Part shown: positions 51,573 to 61,658 of the stretch, piece after piece
Layout: every line of letters begins with the position of its first letter
How positions within the stretch are numbered: position 1 is the stretch's first letter
Assembly: GCA_964554405.1 (NCBI GenBank)
Contig: CAZKOR010000001.1
Coordinates: forward strand, 19,672-83,671
Length of the DNA stretch: 64,000 nt
Origin: an uncultured Bacteroides sp.
Lineage (GTDB): Bacteria > Bacillota > Clostridia > Lachnospirales > Lachnospiraceae
Direction of reading: 5' to 3'
Program-made: the position numbers and the translations under genes
The notes under the pieces: model-generated
Database searches by the model: none
What the model was told of the DNA's origin: nothing
What the model saw: the letters and a program-made list of their open reading frames with translations, nothing else

Positions 51573-52871
51573 ATGAAAAGAGTGGGAATTTTATTTGATG
51601 ATCGAAAATTACCAGCATTGGATTTATCAAAACCAGTTAAGGTAAATCCCGGAATAGGAGGAACAGAGTACTGTTTTTCATTATTGATATATTATTCTGC
51701 AGAATGTATGGAAAATTATTTGATTACCGTATTCCATTATAATGCGAAAGTAGAGTTTTCAGCGAATGCGGCAGATGTGGTATTAACGGAAGAATGTTGG
51801 GAGAAAATAGGTAATCGATCGATAGATATACTGGTGTTTAGGGCGGGATGGCATGAAAATGATGGTTTAATTGAGTTCCTTGACAGAAACAATATATACG
51901 GCGTAGCATGGGCTCACAATTATTTAGCCTACAAAGTTGCTAAAAAGTTAGCAGTTTCAAGTAGTGTGAAAAGAGTGATTTTTGTTAGCCAACATATGTA
52001 TGAACATTATTTGGATCATGATATTATTAAAAAGTCCGGATATATATACAATTTTGTTGCTGATGGGGGAAAGTACAGAAAGAATCTTGAAAAGATAGAT
52101 CCTGTAGTAGTTTATACGGGGAGCCTTATAGCGGTAAAAGGATTTCATTTGCTTGCACGTGAATGGAAAAAGATTGTACATGCTGTTCCTGACGCAAAGT
52201 TGCATGTAATAGGAAATGGAAGACTATATTTTTGTGATTCTAAATTAGGAAAATGGGGAGTAGCCGATGAGTTTTATGAACGTAGATTTATCAGATATCT
52301 AACAGATAGAGATGGTAAGCTGCTAAAATCTGTAAAGTTTTGGGGAAAATTGGGAGAAGAAAAGAATAAACTGTATGAAAAGGCGGCAGTAGGGGTGATA
52401 AATCCTTCTGGAAAATCAGAAACGTTTGGGTTGAGTGCAGTTGAAATGGAGATGCAAGGAGTACCTGTTGTTACATATAAAAGGGCGAGTTATCCAGAAA
52501 TAATAGAAGATAAAAAAACAGGATATTTATGCAGATCACGTAAGGAATTTAGATACCGGATTATTCAGTTGTTACAAAAAAGTGTGAAAAGTTATAATAT
52601 GGGATTGGCAGCACAAGACTATGCGTGGGAAAAATTTAATATAGATAACACAATAAGAGAGTGGGAAAAAGTTTTTGAGCAGGATAATAAGAAGAGGAAG
52701 GGATACAGTTACGAAAGCGATGGATGTAATAAGTTAAAAGATATAAATAGAAAAATCAGAAATAGATATTCATGGATGCCTTCATTGATATGGGTCGATA
52801 TAGTAAAAGATTGGACGTTGACCATAAAGGAGTTGTTTATGAGGTATATTGTATTATTATTCAGATATTAA
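51573..52871 (+). CDS. GT4 glycosyltransferase
   Basis: NPGIGGTEY, KGFHLLA, NPSGKSETFGLSAVE. Confidence 0.85.
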   Translation: MKRVGILFDDRKLPALDLSKPVKVNPGIGGTEYCFSLLIYYSAECMENYLITVFHYNAKVEFSANAADVVLTEECWEKIGNRSIDILVFRAGWHENDGLIEFLDRNNIYGVAWAHNYLAYKVAKKLAVSSSVKRVIFVSQHMYEHYLDHDIIKKSGYIYNFVADGGKYRKNLEKIDPVVVYTGSLIAVKGFHLLAREWKKIVHAVPDAKLHVIGNGRLYFCDSKLGKWGVADEFYERRFIRYLTDRDGKLLKSVKFWGKLGEEKNKLYEKAAVGVINPSGKSETFGLSAVEMEMQGVPVVTYKRASYPEIIEDKKTGYLCRSRKEFRYRIIQLLQKSVKSYNMGLAAQDYAWEKFNIDNTIREWEKVFEQDNKKRKGYSYESDGCNKLKDINRKIRNRYSWMPSLIWVDIVKDWTLTIKELFMRYIVLLFRY

Positions 52872-52890
52872 AATACAGGAGGACAGTGAT

Positions 52891-54843
52891 TTGTGTAAAA
52901 TTTCTATTGTTGTGCCAATATACAATGTGGAGGCATATTTGGCGGAATGCCTGGACAGTATTGTCAGACAGACAAATAAGGATTTTGAAGTAATACTCGT
53001 TAATGATGGTTCTACAGACAATTCCGGAAAAATAGTACGAGAATACCAGCAAAAGCATAGCTGTATGAAGTTAATTGAGCAGGAAAACAGAGGTCTTTCA
53101 GAAGCCAGAAATGCAGGACTAAGAGCTGCCAAAGGAGAATATATTGTATTTCTTGACAGTGATGATTATGTTGAGGAACAAATGGTTGACGAATTAATTC
53201 GTATAGTAGGTGAAAACGAATTTGATTTGTTGAGTTTTGCAGGCAAAAAGGTTATTGTTGATTCAAATGGAGAGAGACAAGAAGAACATTTTGGAACAAA
53301 ACATAATGACCTATCTGGAAGGACAGGTGTAGAGCTTTTTGATTTTTTGCAAAGGAATGGTAGTTATTCCTCATGTGTGGTTTTGCTATGTATAAAAAAG
53401 ACGCTTATAGATGAAAATTCATTATATTTTTTCCCTCATATAATCCATGAGGATCATTTGTTCACGTTTTATCTTTATATGTGTGCCCGGTGCTGCGGAA
53501 TTATTTCACGAGAATTTTATAATTACCGTATTCGGGAAAACTCAATTATGACAAATAAAAGCCAAGGGTATCTGGAAAGTTTTAAAGGAATGGATACGTC
53601 GTGTATTGAATTGTTTGATTGGTATAAAAAGAATGCTGTTCTTAATAAGTACAAATTATATATGAGCAGTATTATTAGATATATTCGTAATGTACATTTG
53701 TGGACGGGATATTACTATAATAACTTAACGGAGAATGAAAAAGGAATAGTTTGTGAAAGAAAAAAGCTACATCAGGAACGAAGTGATTTTTTAAAGGCGA
53801 TTAACACCTGCAAGATATCAGTAATTGTTCCGGCTTATAACGTTGAATTGTATTTAAAAGAATGTCTGGATAGCATTTTAAGGCAGGATTTAGACAATTA
53901 TGAGATTATTATAGTAAATGATGGTTCTACAGATGGTACAAGGGATATTATATACCAATATGCGGAACAATATGAAAGTAAAATCTGGGTTTGCGAACAA
54001 AAGAACCAGGGGCAGAGCGTTGCAAGAAATAGCGGTTTGGATATAGCGTCAGGGGAGTATATTTTATTTGTCGATAGTGACGATTATCTTGAGAATAATA
54101 TTTTTAAGTCATTAATAGAGACCTCAGAAGGAAATAAGCTTGACGTCTTGTTATTTGCGGGACAGAGAGTTGTTACGGATAGCTCGGGAATTCAGACAAA
54201 AGAGCATTACGCATATGAGAAAAGTGACCTGAGTGGGAAACCGGGAGCGGAAGTTATGGCAGAACGGCTGTCCGAACAAGGGTTTTACGATGTAGTTTGG
54301 CTTCAGTTTGTTAGAAGAGATTTAATTGAGAAGAAATTAATCAGGTTTTATCCGGGAATTATACATGAAGATCATTTGTATACTTTTCAACTATTAATGT
54401 GTTCAGAAAGATGCGGCTATATTTCCGAAGAGATGTATAATTATCGCATCAGACCCTATTCAACCATGACAACGGACGGATTGGATGACAGGCGGTTCAT
54501 TGGATGGGGAATTACTTTTTTAAAAATGTTTGAATTTTATAATAAGGCAATTGAGGATAGCGGAGAGCAATCATGGAATAAGGAAGTAAGAAATTATATA
54601 TTGTACTGTGCGGAAATGTCAAGAAATATTTACTTAAAACTGGAGGAACAGCAAAAAAACACACAATGTAATGAGCTATATGGAAAAGTAAAAGAACAGA
54701 TGTTAAAATTTTGTAAAAAATATGAGAAGAATAAACTGGTTCGTTTTTATGTATATTCATATATAAAACGGATGCGTCAGTTATTGTGGAAATATGCAGG
54801 AACGATAAAGAGGATGCTGATAGTTCCTAAAGAGGAGAGATGA
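52891..54843 (+). CDS. Tandem double-domain GT2-GT2 glycosyltransferase
   Basis: Two copies of KISxIVPxYNVExYLxECLDSI...VNDGSTD...ARN..G.YI.F.DSDDY...IIHEDHL; TTG 52891 after AGGAGG. Confidence 0.9.
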   Translation: MCKISIVVPIYNVEAYLAECLDSIVRQTNKDFEVILVNDGSTDNSGKIVREYQQKHSCMKLIEQENRGLSEARNAGLRAAKGEYIVFLDSDDYVEEQMVDELIRIVGENEFDLLSFAGKKVIVDSNGERQEEHFGTKHNDLSGRTGVELFDFLQRNGSYSSCVVLLCIKKTLIDENSLYFFPHIIHEDHLFTFYLYMCARCCGIISREFYNYRIRENSIMTNKSQGYLESFKGMDTSCIELFDWYKKNAVLNKYKLYMSSIIRYIRNVHLWTGYYYNNLTENEKGIVCERKKLHQERSDFLKAINTCKISVIVPAYNVELYLKECLDSILRQDLDNYEIIIVNDGSTDGTRDIIYQYAEQYESKIWVCEQKNQGQSVARNSGLDIASGEYILFVDSDDYLENNIFKSLIETSEGNKLDVLLFAGQRVVTDSSGIQTKEHYAYEKSDLSGKPGAEVMAERLSEQGFYDVVWLQFVRRDLIEKKLIRFYPGIIHEDHLYTFQLLMCSERCGYISEEMYNYRIRPYSTMTTDGLDDRRFIGWGITFLKMFEFYNKAIEDSGEQSWNKEVRNYILYCAEMSRNIYLKLEEQQKNTQCNELYGKVKEQMLKFCKKYEKNKLVRFYVYSYIKRMRQLLWKYAGTIKRMLIVPKEER

Positions 54844-54847
54844 CATA

Positions 54848-56065
54848 ATGAATGATAAAAAAAAAGTAATATGTTTGATTGGCTCTTGCGAATTGCCGAT
54901 TCCGGCAGTCTATGGGGGCGCGATAGAGACACTAGTCACATTGTTGGCTGAGCAAAATGAGATTGAGCAAAAAGTGGAGTTTATTGTCGTAACTAACTAT
55001 GTTGAAGAGGCCTATCGTTTGGCGCAACGGTACCGGCATACCAGATTTATTTGCCTTAACCGGGATGAAAAAGTGGACAAAAAGATAAATGACAAAATAG
55101 ACTTTGTAAGAGCTGTGCTGCGATTTTTCTCGCGAGGGTGGTTTGTATTGCCTTTGAGGTGGAAACATTTTGAATTAAAAAGAAATAGGAAACTCAGAAA
55201 ACTGGAAGCGGATTATATTGTGGCAGAAGGAGGAACATACTTAAGCTTTTTGGAATTTGCCCGGAAATTTGGAAAAGAGAGAATTTTTGTGCACATCCAT
55301 CATGAAATGTTTGCAGATAAAAAAATGGATGATATATTTGGCAACGCTATTGGAGTTAGCAGTTTTGCGTTGAATCAATATATGAAAAACTCGTCTATGC
55401 CAATAGAAAAAGGAAAAGTGGTGTATAATTGTATAGATGAGGAGTTATTTATGCAAAAAGTGCCAGAGAACGATAAAAAGGAAGTGCGGCTAAAGCATGG
55501 ATTTAGAGAAGAGGATTTTCTGGTTATTTATTCAGGAAGACTTGTGCCTGAAAAAGGAGTGAAAGAACTAATAGATGCGGTATTGTCTTTGCAGGAAAAA
55601 AGCATACGTCTGCTTATCGTAGGTGGAATACGCTCCGCATTGGGCGGAGAATCCGATTATTATTATGAGATTATGGATATGGTAAAAGGCTCAAATGGAA
55701 AAGTGGTCTACGGAGGATATGTTGAAAACGTAAGAATGGCTTCTTATTATCAGGCAGCAGATGTGCAGGTTGTTCCCTCTGTATGGGAAGAGGTAGCCGG
55801 GTTAGTGACGATAGAGGGGATGATGTCTGGAATTCCTTTGATTGTTACCAAATCCGGTGGGATGATAGAGTATGTGGACGATGAGAGCGTTATTCAGGTA
55901 GAGCGTGGAGAAAAATTGTCAGAAAATATTGCTCAGGCGATAATGTATCTGTATCAGAATCCTGGGGAAGCCAGGCTCAGAGGGGAAAAAGAGCGGGAAT
56001 ATGCAAAGCGTTTTACTAAAAGAAATTATTATTATCAGTTTTTAAGTGCATTTGGAATTGAGTAA
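54848..56065 (+). CDS. GT4 glycosyltransferase
   Basis: PIPAVYGGAIETL, YSGRLVPEKG, VPSVWEEVAGLVTIEG. Confidence 0.9.
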   Translation: MNDKKKVICLIGSCELPIPAVYGGAIETLVTLLAEQNEIEQKVEFIVVTNYVEEAYRLAQRYRHTRFICLNRDEKVDKKINDKIDFVRAVLRFFSRGWFVLPLRWKHFELKRNRKLRKLEADYIVAEGGTYLSFLEFARKFGKERIFVHIHHEMFADKKMDDIFGNAIGVSSFALNQYMKNSSMPIEKGKVVYNCIDEELFMQKVPENDKKEVRLKHGFREEDFLVIYSGRLVPEKGVKELIDAVLSLQEKSIRLLIVGGIRSALGGESDYYYEIMDMVKGSNGKVVYGGYVENVRMASYYQAADVQVVPSVWEEVAGLVTIEGMMSGIPLIVTKSGGMIEYVDDESVIQVERGEKLSENIAQAIMYLYQNPGEARLRGEKEREYAKRFTKRNYYYQFLSAFGIE

Positions 56066-56095
56066 ATTTAAGCAGAAATATAATGGAGCGTACGA

Positions 56096-56938
56096 ATGGA
56101 AGAACAATGGACAACAGTGATAAAATCAAAAAGGGGTTGGTTTGATGTTAATTTTAAGGAATTATTGCAATATAAAGACTTGATTTTTATGTTTGTTAAG
56201 AAGAATTTTACAGTGCAATATAAACAAACGATACTGGGACCGTTGTGGTTTATTATAAACCCATTGCTTACTACGTTTACATATGTGATTATTTTTGGGA
56301 AAATAGCAGGGCTTTCAACAGATGGAACGCCTGTATTTTCGTTTTATTTAGTCAGCAATGCAATATGGTCATATTTTTCTGTCTGCTTGACGGCAACATC
56401 AAATACTTTTGTTGGAAACGCGGGATTATTTGGCAAGGTTTATTTCCCGAGACTGACAGTTCCTATCGCAACAGTCATCTATTCATTAGTCAATTTTGGG
56501 GTGATGTTGTTAATGTGTATTATTGTGATTGTATATTATATTTTGACTGGAGAAAATGTATGTCCGAATTGGACAATAATATTTATTCCCATTTATGTTT
56601 TGCAGAGTGCGGTTTTAGGATTAGGCTGTGGCATTATTATATCATCTCTTACTACAAAATATAGAGATTTGGTTATATTGGTTTCCTTTGGGATACAGTT
56701 ATGGATGTATGCAACACCTGTAGTGTATACGGTAACTCAGCTTCCTAAAACATTAGAAAAAATAGTGTTAATAAATCCGGTAACACCAATCGTAAATAAC
56801 TTTAGATATGCTTTGCTGGGAAGCGGTAATTTTTTAAAAGTGCCGTGGCTAATAAGTCTATGTACTACAATTGTGATTTTTTTTGCGGGAGTAGTGTTGT
56901 TTAGCAGAATAGAGAAGACATTTATGGATACTGTATAA
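56096..56938 (+). CDS. wzm: ABC-2 polysaccharide exporter permease
   Basis: YKQTILGPLW, KVYFPRL, KYRDL, MYATPVVY, NP, FMDTV. Confidence 0.92.
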   Translation: MEEQWTTVIKSKRGWFDVNFKELLQYKDLIFMFVKKNFTVQYKQTILGPLWFIINPLLTTFTYVIIFGKIAGLSTDGTPVFSFYLVSNAIWSYFSVCLTATSNTFVGNAGLFGKVYFPRLTVPIATVIYSLVNFGVMLLMCIIVIVYYILTGENVCPNWTIIFIPIYVLQSAVLGLGCGIIISSLTTKYRDLVILVSFGIQLWMYATPVVYTVTQLPKTLEKIVLINPVTPIVNNFRYALLGSGNFLKVPWLISLCTTIVIFFAGVVLFSRIEKTFMDTV

Positions 56939-56970
56939 TAGAAACAGAGACAAATGGAGAAAATGAATAA

Positions 56971-58245
56971 ATGCACGAAAAGGTTATAGAAATCCGAGAT
57001 GTAAAGAAACAGTATAAGTTGGGCGCTATTGGCGGAGGAACGTTGACGGCGGATATACAAAGTTGGTGGGCTAGAAGAAGAGGCTTGGAAGACCCTAATA
57101 CTATAATTGGAATGGAAACAGAAAAAACAGGTTCAAAATTTTGGGCATTAAAAGGAATAAATTTAGATGTATATAAAGGGGAAACGCTAGGTATAATTGG
57201 CAGAAATGGAGCAGGCAAGTCTACTCTGTTAAAGTTATTATCCAGAGTTACAGCGCCAACTGAAGGTACAATAAAAATTAAAGGAAGAATCTCCAGTATG
57301 CTGGAAGTAGGGACTGGCTTTCAGGGAGAGTTAAGTGGGAGAGAGAATGTATACATGAACGGGGCAATCTTAGGGATGTCTCGAAAAGAAGTAGATAGAA
57401 AAATAGATGATATTATTGAATTTTCTGAATGCCGCCAATTTATAGATACGCCTGTTAAACGATATTCGTCTGGAATGTATGTAAAACTTGCTTTTGCCGT
57501 AGCGGCGCATCTGGATGCGGAGATAATGATTATGGACGAGGTCTTGGCAGTCGGCGATATGAAATTTCAGGAAAAATGTCTAAATAAAATGAGCGATGCA
57601 GCAAGGCTGGATGGAAAGACGATATTGTACGTTAGTCATAACATGAACACGATTAGGCAGCTGTGTAAAAGATGTATTGTTTTGAATAAGGGAGAGGTTG
57701 TATTTGAAGGAGGGGTAGAAGAGGCAATCCAAGTATATATTGGGAGTTCTGCTCGTGATAAAGCTGTCATCAATCTGAAAAATATAAAAAGAGAAGGATC
57801 TTACGTGGATGCGGCAGTCCATATGGAGACATTTGAGATATGCAATCATGATGATTGTTTATTTCAGTATCAAGAAAAATTGAATTGTAAGGTAACATAT
57901 TGGAGTGAGATTGATGCTGAGAATGTTCTGCTTCGGCTACGGGTTCATTATATTGATGGGACGCCGGTGACCATGTTGACGTCAGACAAAAGACTGACAT
58001 TGAAAAAAAATCAGAGCGGAGAGATTAATTTTGTCTTTGACTTACAGCATATAGTGCCAGGAAAATACCTGATTGGGATAGTGATGTACCATATGAATCA
58101 ATATGGAGGAGATGGTCCGCTTGATGGATTGGATGATTTTATGACGATTGAAATTACAGACTCCCCCCAATTTAATAATCAAATGGAATGGAGAAGAAAA
58201 TATTGGGGTAATGTCAGCTTACATTCATTGCAGATATTAAATTAA
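56971..58245 (+). CDS. wzt: Polysaccharide ABC exporter ATPase with C-terminal Wzt_C domain
   Basis: FWALK, GRNGAGKSTL, PVKRYSSGM, DEVLAVGD, VSH; ~170-aa C-terminal beta domain. Confidence 0.93.
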   Translation: MHEKVIEIRDVKKQYKLGAIGGGTLTADIQSWWARRRGLEDPNTIIGMETEKTGSKFWALKGINLDVYKGETLGIIGRNGAGKSTLLKLLSRVTAPTEGTIKIKGRISSMLEVGTGFQGELSGRENVYMNGAILGMSRKEVDRKIDDIIEFSECRQFIDTPVKRYSSGMYVKLAFAVAAHLDAEIMIMDEVLAVGDMKFQEKCLNKMSDAARLDGKTILYVSHNMNTIRQLCKRCIVLNKGEVVFEGGVEEAIQVYIGSSARDKAVINLKNIKREGSYVDAAVHMETFEICNHDDCLFQYQEKLNCKVTYWSEIDAENVLLRLRVHYIDGTPVTMLTSDKRLTLKKNQSGEINFVFDLQHIVPGKYLIGIVMYHMNQYGGDGPLDGLDDFMTIEITDSPQFNNQMEWRRKYWGNVSLHSLQILN

Positions 58246-58270
58246 CTCAAATGTAATAAGGAGGAGGGAG

Positions 58271-59287
58271 ATGTTTGCAATATTCTCAAATAATAGAAAG
58301 GTACAAATGTGTGAGGTTGAAGTCACCGGATTTAAGTATGTGTCTGAAATGGGGCATTTTGATAGGTTGTATGGAATAGACAAAAGCATTTGTTCGGAAG
58401 AAGTGAGAACATTAGCAACGAATACGGCAGGAGGACACATACGGATTCGAACGAACTCAAAAAGATTAAATGTGTGCGTCAAATTGGACAAATTTATTGG
58501 CTATTCTCATTTTACTGTGTGCGGAACGAGCGGGTTGGATGTATATATAGGTAATGGTAAAGAAAAAAGATGGATTGCGAACATAATACCTGATTATGGG
58601 CAGATAAATTTGGAAAAGGAAATTTTGCTTCCTGGTATAATGCAGGATATAACGATTAATTTACCATTATATACTGGAGTGGATAATATTGAAATTCTAA
58701 TAGAGAGAGGAGCCAAAATCGAAAAACCCACAGGGTTAAAGCATGAAAGACCAATCATATTTTATGGCTCCTCAATAACGCAAGGTTGTTCTGCGTCGAG
58801 ACCGGGAAATAGTTATCCGGAGATTGTAGCCAGAAAATTAGATGCATCATTGATGAATTTTGGCTTTTCCAGCGGAGCGAAAGGTGAAAACTATATTGCG
58901 GAGTATATCGCGGCTCTTCCAATGACTGCTATGGTCATAGAATATGATCATAATGCAAGAGATGTTGAGGAACTAAAAAACTCCCATTTAAGATTTGTAC
59001 AGTCTGTCAGAAGCCAGCAGCCTATGATTCCGCTCGTATTGATGTCCAGATTTAGTGCAGGTGTTTCTGTTGATATTGAAGAGACAATTAAAAGACGAGA
59101 TATAATCAAAGATACATATACGACATTGAAACAGAGCGGAGATAAAAATATATATTTTATAGATGGATTTGTGGAAATGAAGGATAAGCATATTGAAGAT
59201 TATTTTATAGATGGTGTGCATCCCACGGATCGTGGAATGTATTTTATCGCAGGAAAAATCGAAAAAATACTATCACAGGTCTTATGA
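58271..59287 (+). CDS. SGNH/GDSL hydrolase (putative carbohydrate esterase)
   Basis: YGSSITQG, NFGFSS, DHN, DGVHP. Confidence 0.88.
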   Translation: MFAIFSNNRKVQMCEVEVTGFKYVSEMGHFDRLYGIDKSICSEEVRTLATNTAGGHIRIRTNSKRLNVCVKLDKFIGYSHFTVCGTSGLDVYIGNGKEKRWIANIIPDYGQINLEKEILLPGIMQDITINLPLYTGVDNIEILIERGAKIEKPTGLKHERPIIFYGSSITQGCSASRPGNSYPEIVARKLDASLMNFGFSSGAKGENYIAEYIAALPMTAMVIEYDHNARDVEELKNSHLRFVQSVRSQQPMIPLVLMSRFSAGVSVDIEETIKRRDIIKDTYTTLKQSGDKNIYFIDGFVEMKDKHIEDYFIDGVHPTDRGMYFIAGKIEKILSQVL

Positions 59288-59313
59288 TTTAATATGTAAA
59301 GCAGGTTAATGAA

Positions 59314-60357
59314 ATGATTTTTTTTAAAGCATATAAAAAAGAAGAAAAAGAAAGAAAAAGGAGGTATAGACTTCGGACAAAAGCATTACCTCCTAATAAT
59401 AAAAAGAGTATTTTTTTATTATTGACACCAGAGCATAATAATTTAGGTGATCATGCCATTGCAGAAGCCCAGAAGCAGTTTTTAAGAGATTTTTTTCCGG
59501 AGTATTATGTGTATGAGATAAATTATATGCATTTTCAATACGAGAGAAAAAAATTGAATGCTATCGTTAAACAAGAAGATATTATTGTAATTTCCGGAGG
59601 CGGATATCTAGGAGATGTTTGGCCGCATGATGATGAAATGGTGCGGAGTATTGTGCGGGAATATAGAGATAACCAAGTGGTAATCTTTCCGCAGACAATA
59701 TATTATAAAGACGACAGCTTAAGCATATTTGAAAAGACAAAAAGCGATTATGAGTCGCATAACAATTTATTATTTTGTGTAAGGGATACTAATTCATTTG
59801 AATTGTTGCAGAAGTTAAGTTTGAAGGGGAAATCAAAAGTTATTTTTACACCGGACATGGTATTATATTTTCAGATTGCTTCTTTGTCTTGCGAAAGGAA
59901 ATGTGTAGGGGTATGTTTTAGGGAAGACATAGAAAAAAGGGTTAATGATGAACTGGTACAGAGTATACAATCAAAATTAACGAATAATAATGAGATAGTA
60001 GTTAGGTTTAACACGCAGTTGACATATGATGTACAGGTGCGTGAAAGAGATAATGAATTGAAGAAAATGATGCAGATGTATAGAACCTTTAAATATATAA
60101 TCACAGATAGATTACATGCAATGCTGTTTGCGGTGATAACAGGTACACCGTGTATTGCGCTTGATAATTTAACTTATAAATTATCAGGAGTGTATCCATG
60201 GATAGAGAATCTCGGATATATTTGGATGGCAAAAAGCATGAAGGATGTCGATTATTATATAAAACATATTAGCGGCGAGGAGCATCAGTTCGATAGGTAT
60301 ACATTTCAGAATGAATTTAAAACAATATTTTTGGAGATGAAGGAGAGAATAGAATAA
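59314..60357 (+). CDS. Polysaccharide pyruvyltransferase (EpsI/YxaB-like)
   Basis: NLGDHAI, GGGYLGD, FPQTI, RD..S, PDMV, TDRLHAM. Confidence 0.9.
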   Translation: MIFFKAYKKEEKERKRRYRLRTKALPPNNKKSIFLLLTPEHNNLGDHAIAEAQKQFLRDFFPEYYVYEINYMHFQYERKKLNAIVKQEDIIVISGGGYLGDVWPHDDEMVRSIVREYRDNQVVIFPQTIYYKDDSLSIFEKTKSDYESHNNLLFCVRDTNSFELLQKLSLKGKSKVIFTPDMVLYFQIASLSCERKCVGVCFREDIEKRVNDELVQSIQSKLTNNNEIVVRFNTQLTYDVQVRERDNELKKMMQMYRTFKYIITDRLHAMLFAVITGTPCIALDNLTYKLSGVYPWIENLGYIWMAKSMKDVDYYIKHISGEEHQFDRYTFQNEFKTIFLEMKERIE

Positions 60358-61409
60358 TGTCCCCAGTAGCAAAAAGATTAATAAATTGTTCCATACCGGT
60401 TTCTGCATGTAATTTAAAATGTCACTATTGTTATATTACACAGCATGGTGAAAGAGAAAGCAAAATGGTTAAGTTTGACTATTCACCAGAACATATAGGA
60501 AAAGCGTTATCCGTTGAAAGGTTGGGGGGAGCGTGTATATTCAACCTGTGTGGACATGGCGAAACACTTATGGTAAAAGAAATTCCGGAGATTATTTATT
60601 ATCTTGCAAAACAGGGACACTATTTGGAAATTGTTACGAATGCGACATTAACAAATGCAATTGATAAGATACTGGAAATGGATAGAGATATATTGACTCA
60701 TTTGGAGTTTAAATGCTCATTTCATTATTTAGAACTGAAACGGTTAAATTTGTTGGATACGTATATACAGAATGTGAAGAAAATGAGAGAAAAGGGATGC
60801 TCAATTACAGTTGAGCTGGTTCCCAATGACGAGTTGGTTCCATATATAGATGAAGTCAAAAAAGTGTGTATAGACAATTTTGGGGCATTATGCCATCTTA
60901 CAGTTGGAAGAGATGATAAGAGTAACGATAAACATATATTAACAAAGATGTCAAATGCAGAATATCAAAAAGTATGGGCGCAATTTGATTCTGATTTATT
61001 TAAATTTAAGATGGATACATTTGAAGTGCCAAGGAAAGAATTTTGTTATGCAGGAGATTGGTCGATAGTTATAGATTTACCGACAGGAGAGACCAGAAAA
61101 TGTTATCAGACGAAAAAGACATTTAATATATATGAAAACATTGATAAGCCAATAGGATTTGAAGCAGTTGGGAATAGATGTCCCGAGCCACATTGTTTTA
61201 ATTCACATGCATATTTAACATTGGGAAATATACCAGAACTAGATACCCCGACGTATGCTCAAATGCGCAACAGAATATGTCAAGATGGCAGCGAATGGTT
61301 AAATGAAGGGTGTAAAAAATTTCTTAATGGAAAATTTTCTGAAAATAACACGGAGTATAATATATTTAAAAAGTTTAAAACAAAATTCAGAAAGAGTAAA
61401 AATATATGA
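60357..61409 (+). CDS. Radical SAM protein with Cys-rich C-terminal domain
   Basis: CNLKCHYC, CGHGET, VTN; C-terminal CYAG..CY..CPEPHC. Confidence 0.85.
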   Translation: MSPVAKRLINCSIPVSACNLKCHYCYITQHGERESKMVKFDYSPEHIGKALSVERLGGACIFNLCGHGETLMVKEIPEIIYYLAKQGHYLEIVTNATLTNAIDKILEMDRDILTHLEFKCSFHYLELKRLNLLDTYIQNVKKMREKGCSITVELVPNDELVPYIDEVKKVCIDNFGALCHLTVGRDDKSNDKHILTKMSNAEYQKVWAQFDSDLFKFKMDTFEVPRKEFCYAGDWSIVIDLPTGETRKCYQTKKTFNIYENIDKPIGFEAVGNRCPEPHCFNSHAYLTLGNIPELDTPTYAQMRNRICQDGSEWLNEGCKKFLNGKFSENNTEYNIFKKFKTKFRKSKNI

Positions 61410-61658
61410 AGCACAGTTCAAATAACAGCTATTAGCTTGGGGTTGCCGATCTCTTAAAGAAATGTAATGGAAGAATGTGTCAGCATATTTATTTCTTATT
61501 ATAAATTTGCCTATATTAGAGTTTGATTGTTCTTGTGTTTTTCTCAATACGTTGCTACAATAGATTGTGGTGTGATTTGAGTTGCAAGGGTTAACTTTTG
61601 TTATAAACCATGCTTATATTGCAATACCACCTATCCCCTAAGGAGACTGTTTATAAAA

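Noticed and set aside
1769-52890. Longer ORF-track starts at 1769, 4985, 8043, 30384, 40392, 49387 and 52849
   Set aside because: Downstream starts have a better RBS or stop-start coupling and match the family N-termini
61410-61658. 250-bp intergenic gap with TTGCAA palindromes and a partial GTGGT/ACCAC inverted match
   Set aside because: Matches are too short and imperfect to call a terminator, ncRNA or invertible element
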